From an uncultured Alphaproteobacteria bacterium (GTDB taxonomy: Bacteria > Pseudomonadota > Alphaproteobacteria > RF32 > CAG-239), in contig CAJGCO010000007.1 in the NCBI GenBank assembly GCA_904501925.1, forward strand, positions 182-64,181: a stretch of DNA of 64,000 bases. The letters are read 5' to 3'. Both the position numbers and the translations under genes were made by a program. A model generated the notes under the pieces. That model was not told the DNA's origin. It ran no database searches and worked only from the letters and a program-made list of their open reading frames with translations. Of the stretch, positions 58,327-64,000 are shown piece by piece. Position 1 is the stretch's first letter, and each line of letters begins with the position of its first letter.

Positions 58327-58461
58327 TTAATATCTTGGATAAGAATGTGGGTAACCACTTCCCTCTATTGGTACATTAGCAGAAATCTTACCACACCCAC
58401 TCATATATAGAATGGAAAAAAATACTGAAAAAATCATTAAAAATTTAACTAAATATTTCAT
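58327..58461 (-). CDS. Small lipoprotein (44 aa), hypothetical
   Basis: Below the track cut-off. AGGA SD, then MKYLVKFLMIFSVFFSILYMSGCGKISANVPIEGSGYPHSYPRY with an LYMSGC lipobox. It ends 26 nt upstream of, and is co-directional with, the vWA gene. Confidence 0.45.
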   Translation of the reverse strand: MKYLVKFLMIFSVFFSILYMSGCGKISANVPIEGSGYPHSYPRY

Positions 58462-58556
58462 TTTTTATCCTATACATTGTAATAACTCTAAAAAAAGAAT
58501 ATATCAAAAACATAAATATACAAAGTTCAATTAAATTAATTAACAGGAAAAACATT

Positions 58557-59087
58557 ATGCGCTTATTTTTTAGATTATTTACAACATTTCTTCTTATATG
58601 TAGTACAGCCAACGCATACTCTCATCCCAAAGGTTTATACACCCTTCAATATCCTGTTAATATGCCAAACATTTCACTTATTTCAGAAAACAATGAAACT
58701 ACTTCTATCTTAGAAACAAAATCAGACTTAACTATTTTTATTTTCTGGTCACAAAATTGTTTTCCTTGCCTAAGAGAAATGAAAGCATTAGAACATTTTT
58801 ATCCCAAAGCCCAAAAAGATAATATCAAAGTAATCCTTGTTTCATCATCTTCAGAATGGAACTCTCCTCAAGAAGAACGAGCTTTCCTAACCAAATATAA
58901 AGCCCCAACAATCCCATTCTTCAATGATATTGATAACAAACTCTCTCTAAGTCTTGGCATTGGCTCCACCCCATATACCGTAATTATGAATAAACAAGGC
59001 AAAAAAGTTGCCACCATCCAAGGTGAGGTTAATTGGAATTCAAAAAAACTATACAAACAAATTAAAAATTTAATAAAACACAATTAG
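58557..59087 (+). CDS. TlpA/redoxin-like periplasmic thiol:disulfide oxidoreductase
   Basis: Signal peptide. Thioredoxin-fold WSQNCFPCLREMKAL (CxxC). Confidence 0.75.
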   Translation: MRLFFRLFTTFLLICSTANAYSHPKGLYTLQYPVNMPNISLISENNETTSILETKSDLTIFIFWSQNCFPCLREMKALEHFYPKAQKDNIKVILVSSSSEWNSPQEERAFLTKYKAPTIPFFNDIDNKLSLSLGIGSTPYTVIMNKQGKKVATIQGEVNWNSKKLYKQIKNLIKHN

Positions 59088-59154
59088 ACTCTACTATTGA
59101 CTTTTACTAAAAACAATGTACTTTTACCTAGATAACCATATACATTAACATATT

Positions 59155-59682
59155 ATGATGAGAAAAATCAAAGAAGGCATATATGCCTTAGCAATTTGTG
59201 TGTCACTAATAACTTGTGGCGCTGTAGCTTTAATGTCCTTGTATTTCACTCCAATCCTTGCCTTGTGCATGATTGCAAGTGCTCTGTTGTTCATTGCGTG
59301 GTATGTTCGCACATCAAACAAGTATGATGCGTTTGGAATAGGCACCTACTTACTGTTTTTCATAACAGTAATGATTTGGTTTCAAACTCAAAACTCATCT
59401 TTGGTTGAAACACAAATCCATTTCCACACTTTAATCGTGCTTGGTGCGTACACAATCTTCCATTTCATTAGGATGATTATTTGGACATTTGATAAATGCT
59501 CTCATGCTAGGAGAAAAGTAAAAACACTCCTCATTAACAACCTAATCTTTACAGCCCTCTTGGCTTGTACATGGTTAGCAGGGGTTTCAAAAGCAGAACT
59601 CTCTTCTTCAACTTTTGTAACCAATGCGTTAATATTGGCCTACATTCCAGTATTAACATGTACTTTCATTAAACTGGACTGA
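59155..59682 (+). CDS. Polytopic membrane protein (5-6 TM segments), function unknown
   Basis: 175 aa and strongly hydrophobic. No SD. GC is moderately above the immediate neighbours. Followed by a strong terminator. Confidence 0.6.
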   Translation: MMRKIKEGIYALAICVSLITCGAVALMSLYFTPILALCMIASALLFIAWYVRTSNKYDAFGIGTYLLFFITVMIWFQTQNSSLVETQIHFHTLIVLGAYTIFHFIRMIIWTFDKCSHARRKVKTLLINNLIFTALLACTWLAGVSKAELSSSTFVTNALILAYIPVLTCTFIKLD

Positions 59683-59686
59683 CACA

Positions 59687-59722
59687 CAAAAAAAGCCCCT
59701 CACTCAAAGGGGCTTTTTTTTT
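59687..59722. terminator. Bidirectional rho-independent terminator
   Basis: AGCCCCT/AGGGGCT stem, 7-nt loop, flanked by A7 and T9. Confidence 0.85.
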
Positions 59723-59729
59723 ATTTTAA

Positions 59730-61034
59730 TTATCTAGAAAAATAATCTTTTCCTGTAGATGATTTCTTTGAAAAACCAACTTTTTTCTTTGTTTTAACTT
59801 CAGGAAAATACTTATCAGAAATTGCCTGCAATCTCGCAATCTTTCTTGAATTATTTCCATATAAATCACTCAAATTTGCCTTAATATTTTTCCATAACAA
59901 ATTCTTTTCACCTTTAGGCATAAACTTATCTTCAATCAACTCATTAACAGCACCCTCATAGAGTTTCATTTTGAGTTTATCATCAACGCCTTCATTATTA
60001 GCAAGACGAAGCATTTCCATAACTTTAAGTTTACCAGATGATATCTTAATAATTGAAAGTCTTGTATCAATATATCCTTTAATATCCTTCTTATTTTGCT
60101 TTTTAGCAATCCTTCTAAGAGTTCTAATTTCATCATTTACTGTTGGAGCATATTTTAATGCTTCTTTATAATAAATTATCGAATGATAATTACCATCTTT
60201 TTCAACATTTCTTTCTTCAAATCCAACAGGTACACAACCATATTTTTCAAAACTTTCTGCATATAACATACATATCTGAAACATACTAGATGCATCATTT
60301 CCATTTTCTCTAAATGCTCTATCCAAAGCATCTTGAACCATTTCTCTCATATTTTTTGTTTTTTCTGGAATATAGTTCAAACAAGTCTGAATTAATTCAA
60401 TACTACTAGTAAGGTTAAGAGCTTTCACCATATATTTATTAGTAAATACATTATAATCTCTACCTTTACTATAATATCCATTAGATTTATCTAAACTTTC
60501 AAACAAAAGAGCCACATTGTGATATCCCATAGCCATTTGCTCATCATCAATCACACCTCTTCTATACAAGTTTTCTGTTCTTTTTCTAACACTTTCAACA
60601 GATATATTATTACGTTCAGCCGTATTTAATAAATTATAAAATTCTTTTCCAATATTAATAACATCATAAGTATCTTTTATTTCTTCAATTCCAGATACTT
60701 TTATATTCATCAAAGCATCAAACACATCTTGAGGCATAGAAGAAACATCAACAGCACCCAAAGTGAGCTTTACAAAATCCTCAACAGCACCATTAATATC
60801 ATCAGCCCTTAAAGAAACTGCTCTACATTTTATACTATAAAGAAAAGCTTCCAATTCTTCATCATTAAATAACTGAGCCACTTCTTCTCTTTTTAAAGGC
60901 TCAAAAGTAATATTAACTGTTTGTTGCGCTTCTTGACTATTTTCACCTTCTTGAGCATCTAAGGAAACTTCCATTTCTTGATTCTCTTCAATTGCTTCTA
61001 TTTCTTGCTCTAATTCATTTTTATTATTCATCAT
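59730..61034 (-). CDS. Hypothetical protein with an acidic N-terminus (434 aa)
   Basis: Clean ORF with no recognisable domain. The N-terminal 45 aa are E/Q-rich. No TM segment or signal peptide. Confidence 0.6.
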   Translation of the reverse strand: MMNNKNELEQEIEAIEENQEMEVSLDAQEGENSQEAQQTVNITFEPLKREEVAQLFNDEELEAFLYSIKCRAVSLRADDINGAVEDFVKLTLGAVDVSSMPQDVFDALMNIKVSGIEEIKDTYDVINIGKEFYNLLNTAERNNISVESVRKRTENLYRRGVIDDEQMAMGYHNVALLFESLDKSNGYYSKGRDYNVFTNKYMVKALNLTSSIELIQTCLNYIPEKTKNMREMVQDALDRAFRENGNDASSMFQICMLYAESFEKYGCVPVGFEERNVEKDGNYHSIIYYKEALKYAPTVNDEIRTLRRIAKKQNKKDIKGYIDTRLSIIKISSGKLKVMEMLRLANNEGVDDKLKMKLYEGAVNELIEDKFMPKGEKNLLWKNIKANLSDLYGNNSRKIARLQAISDKYFPEVKTKKKVGFSKKSSTGKDYFSR

Positions 61035-61112
61035 TTTTCTCTTTAAGTTTATTCATTATTTAAACGAGTATAAACTCTATAAATTTTAAACTCAAGATTT
61101 TCTTGTCTACAT

Positions 61113-61781
61113 TTATTTGTTTTTTTCTAAAATTTTATACCAATCTACTTTGGCTCCAACTTCTCTAAAAAATTCTCTCAAAAATTCAACCATAAAATCA
61201 TGTCTCTTTTGAGCTTCAATTTTTCCAATTTCAGTTTGCATTGCGCCTTTTAACTTCAACAACTTATCAAAAAAATGATTTATTGAATGATTACCTTTTC
61301 TATTCTTATCTTTATATTCTTCTCTAGTTAAATTCTCTTTTGGCAACTCATCATTATCAAATAATGCTCTATTAGTACTAGCCGAATACATTATCGTTCT
61401 ACACACTCCAATCGCCCCCATTGCATCAAGCTTATCCGCATCAGATACTATCTTTTGTTCTATCGTTTCAAAATCTGGGCTTTTACCACTTTTACTAAAG
61501 CTAATACTATTTATTACGTTTTTAATTCTGCATTGTAAATTTTCATCAACATTATTTATCTTAAAAAATCTCTCTAAATTATCTCCACTTCCCCCTAATT
61601 TATAATCATCAACATCATGCAAAATAGCTGACAACATCACCACCTCATAATCAGCTCCCTTTTCTCCCTCTAATATAAGTTTTGCATTTTCAACAACTCT
61701 TTTTATATGCTCAACATCATGCCCTGAGCAGTCATTTCCCAAACATTTTTCAACAAATTGTAAAGCTTTTCTAATTAGCAT
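61113..61781 (-). CDS. HD-domain phosphohydrolase (YedJ/YpgQ-like)
   Basis: 222 aa. GHDVEHIKRV...LSAILHDVDDYK...DADKLDAMGA is the classical HD-superfamily motif set. Confidence 0.8.
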   Translation of the reverse strand: MLIRKALQFVEKCLGNDCSGHDVEHIKRVVENAKLILEGEKGADYEVVMLSAILHDVDDYKLGGSGDNLERFFKINNVDENLQCRIKNVINSISFSKSGKSPDFETIEQKIVSDADKLDAMGAIGVCRTIMYSASTNRALFDNDELPKENLTREEYKDKNRKGNHSINHFFDKLLKLKGAMQTEIGKIEAQKRHDFMVEFLREFFREVGAKVDWYKILEKNK

Positions 61782-61810
61782 TTTTTCTCCAATATCTTTA
61801 TCCTAAAACA

Positions 61811-62470
61811 TTAATTCATTTTTATTGTTATTGCCAATCCACCTACATCATCAATAGGTATTTCACACATTGAATTTATATCTGCCAAAGTTATCGAACT
61901 ATAACATTTTTTACCATCAACACCACAATATTTATTACCATACAAATAATCAGTTTTTCTCTGTGCATTTTGATACATAGCCACCCAATACAAGTCATCA
62001 ACAAATTCATTCATTAATCTAGATAATATCATACGACATTTAATTTTATTTCCTAAATCCATTTTAGACGCTCCAGATACACTCAAAAAAATATCAAATT
62101 GAACATACGGTTTCCTCACATATGCATATACAATCCCTCCTAACGAATCATAAACTCCCATATTTTCTTCACCATCTCCAGACCATCCATTAGGCAAATC
62201 AATAACATCATCTAAAAAATTAGATATTCTAAATAAACTATTATTTGCATATGACTCAGGATTTCTTTTTTTATGTTCATAAAACCAATCTTCTTTATGC
62301 CGTATTACATCTGTAAAAAACTCTACATATTCACTAAGCAACTTATTCATTTTATAATTTGTCATTGCTTTTGAATAACCCGCAATTCCCCCAACAGAAA
62401 GAACACCTACAATCGCTAGTACTCCCAACATTTCAATCATTGAACGACCATATTCATTAAGTTTTATCAT
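61811..62470 (-). CDS. Prepilin-type N-terminal cleavage/methylation-domain protein (pseudopilin-like), orphan
   Basis: N-terminus GRSMIEMLGVLAIVGVLSVGGIAGY (a G/x-x-IE-hydrophobic helix). No T2SS or T4P machinery genes are nearby. Confidence 0.65.
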   Translation of the reverse strand: MIKLNEYGRSMIEMLGVLAIVGVLSVGGIAGYSKAMTNYKMNKLLSEYVEFFTDVIRHKEDWFYEHKKRNPESYANNSLFRISNFLDDVIDLPNGWSGDGEENMGVYDSLGGIVYAYVRKPYVQFDIFLSVSGASKMDLGNKIKCRMILSRLMNEFVDDLYWVAMYQNAQRKTDYLYGNKYCGVDGKKCYSSITLADINSMCEIPIDDVGGLAITIKMN

Positions 62471-62681
62471 AAAAACTTACCACCCATCATAATAAAATAT
62501 TATATTATTTTAAAAATATTACAACTTTTTTATTCTTTGTTCTCCTAAAAAAACTATCACCCAACCTCCCCCCTTTAATTCTTCTCCCCCTCCCATAATC
62601 TGTTCCCCTTAATATTCTTTATCTATCTCATTTATTATATATTTTTTCACCTTAAATTTACACCATCTCATAACCACAAAA

Positions 62682-62722
62682 AAAGTGAGCTGTTCAATCA
62701 AACAACTCACTTTTTAACTTCG
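62682..62722. terminator. Terminator hairpin immediately after rplO
   Basis: AAGTGAG(C)TGTT / AACAACTCACTT stem with one bulge, flanked by A7 and T5. Confidence 0.65.
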
Positions 62723-62737
62723 TATGTACTTTAACGA

Positions 62738-63202
62738 TTATGCGTTAACAGTAACTTTACCGCCTGCTTTTTCAACAGCCTCAACAGCTGCTTTAGAAGC
62801 AGAATCAACTGTAATATTAACAGCTACATTCAAAGAACCACGAGCAAGTAAACGAACGCCATCTAATTCTTTAGAAATAACATTAGAAGCAATCAAGCTT
62901 TCTTTTGTAATTTCATTAGCATTCAATTTACCAGCATCAATAGCTTTTTGAATTGTATCTAAGTTAACTACTGCAAATGTTTTTGCAAAAGGATTTTTAA
63001 ATCCACGTTTTGGTAATCTACGATAAATAGGCATTTGACCGCCTTCAAAACCGTTAATAGAAACACCAGAACGAGATTTTTGTCCTTTAACGCCACGGCC
63101 ACCAGTTTTACCTTTACCGCTACCGATACCACGAGCAACGCGAATACGGTTCTTTCTAGCGCCTTCGTTATCTCTTAATTCATTAAGTTTCATTTTCTTC
63201 AC
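62738..63202 (-). CDS. rplO: 50S ribosomal protein L15
   Basis: [41 protein letters not shown] is canonical L15. Confidence 0.97.
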   Translation of the reverse strand: MKKMKLNELRDNEGARKNRIRVARGIGSGKGKTGGRGVKGQKSRSGVSINGFEGGQMPIYRRLPKRGFKNPFAKTFAVVNLDTIQKAIDAGKLNANEITKESLIASNVISKELDGVRLLARGSLNVAVNITVDSASKAAVEAVEKAGGKVTVNA

Positions 63203-63308
63203 CTTTTAAAATTAGCTCATTAAAATCTAAAACAATTAACTCTTTTGGCAACCCATGTTACTCACGGGCTGGGTAGACTTACATCTACCCTTAAAGCCCT
63301 TAAAGTAA

Positions 63309-63494
63309 TTATTCCTCAACTTTAATAAGGTGAGCTACCTTTTTAATCATACCTCTAACAGATGGTGTATCTTCTAATTCAGAAGTTCTACCAACTTTAT
63401 TTAAGCCTAAGCCTTTCAAAGTAGCAATTTGCTCTTTGCCATGACCAATAGAACTTTTAACTTGAGTAACCTTAACAGTCTTTTTATTAGTCAT
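63309..63494 (-). CDS. rpmD: 50S ribosomal protein L30
   Basis: 61 aa. [53 protein letters not shown]. Confidence 0.96.
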   Translation of the reverse strand: MTNKKTVKVTQVKSSIGHGKEQIATLKGLGLNKVGRTSELEDTPSVRGMIKKVAHLIKVEE

Positions 63495-63496
63495 GA

Positions 63497-64000
63497 TTAA
63501 GCCTCCTCTTTTTCCATCTTAACGTTAGAAGAGTTCTCGCGACGACTTACAATATCACCAACTTTTTTACCACGTTTAGCTGCAACCATACGAGGACTAT
63601 TAATAGACTGTAATGCTGCAAATGTAGCTTTAATCATATTGTAAGGGTTGTTAGAACCTAATGATTTTGCAACAACGTCCTGAACGCCAAGTACTTCAAA
63701 TACTGCACGCATAGGACCACCGGCGATAACACCAGTACCGGCTGGAGCAGATCTCAAAACTACTTTACCAGCACCAAAACGGCCAGTAATATCGTGGTGA
63801 AGAGTTCTACCTTCGCGAAGTGGAATACGAACCATGTTCTTTTTAGCTTCATTAGTTGCTTTAACAATAGCTTCTGGAACTTCAGCAGCCTTACCAGAAC
63901 CAAATCCGATACGACCTTTTTGGTCACCAACTACAACTAATGCAGCAAAAGACATTGTACGTCCACCTTTAACGGTTTTTGCTACACGGTTTACGAAAAC
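63497..64000 (-). CDS. rpsE: 30S ribosomal protein S5 (C-terminal part; the gene runs off the right edge)
   Basis: [20 protein letters not shown]...[30 protein letters not shown] is canonical S5. The frame is open to the window end. Confidence 0.95.
   Translation of the reverse strand, partial: VFVNRVAKTVKGGRTMSFAALVVVGDQKGRIGFGSGKAAEVPEAIVKATNEAKKNMVRIPLREGRTLHHDITGRFGAGKVVLRSAPAGTGVIAGGPMRAVFEVLGVQDVVAKSLGSNNPYNMIKATFAALQSINSPRMVAAKRGKKVGDIVSRRENSSNVKMEKEEA

Overview
AT-rich chromosomal window from a Gram-negative bacterium (lpxA, ampG, murJ and an autotransporter are present). It is probably a host-associated, low-GC alphaproteobacterium-like lineage; that placement is inference from an alpha-type RpoH promoter ahead of dnaK and the general look of the proteins. 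Housekeeping genes (lpxA, uvrA, groES-groEL, murJ, infA, recJ, metK, dnaK, ugd, rplO-rpmD-rpsE) sit in short blocks separated by accessory modules.

Accessory content, left to right:
- A prophage remnant at the left edge: CI/LexA-type repressor divergent from a replisome-organizer, G39P-like loader and one more gene.
- Two tandem paralogous putative polysaccharide transferases.
- A 7-gene surface-polysaccharide operon (GT2, DUF4422, glf, acetyltransferase, GT2, licD, tagD-like), followed by tRNA-Ser(GGA).
- A structured repeat element, then a pentapeptide-repeat protein.
- A GtrB-like gene flanked by three paralogous GtrC-like membrane transferases.
- A secreted repeat-protein cluster: a MORN-variant protein, a membrane protein, and an autotransporter split by a frameshift.
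- A vWA / PP2C / Ser-Thr kinase triad, which is the TerY-P architecture.
- A small DGQHR (ParB-fold) protein with a divergent XRE regulator.

The most unusual signal is compositional. Two single-gene units have markedly higher GC and GC3 than their surroundings, carry their own promoter and terminator, and lack a Shine-Dalgarno: an orphan 549-aa protein at 8942..10591 and a flotillin/SPFH protein at 42655..44118. A third, weaker case is the membrane protein at 59155..59682. No CRISPR array, rRNA, transposase or integrase was seen in the window.
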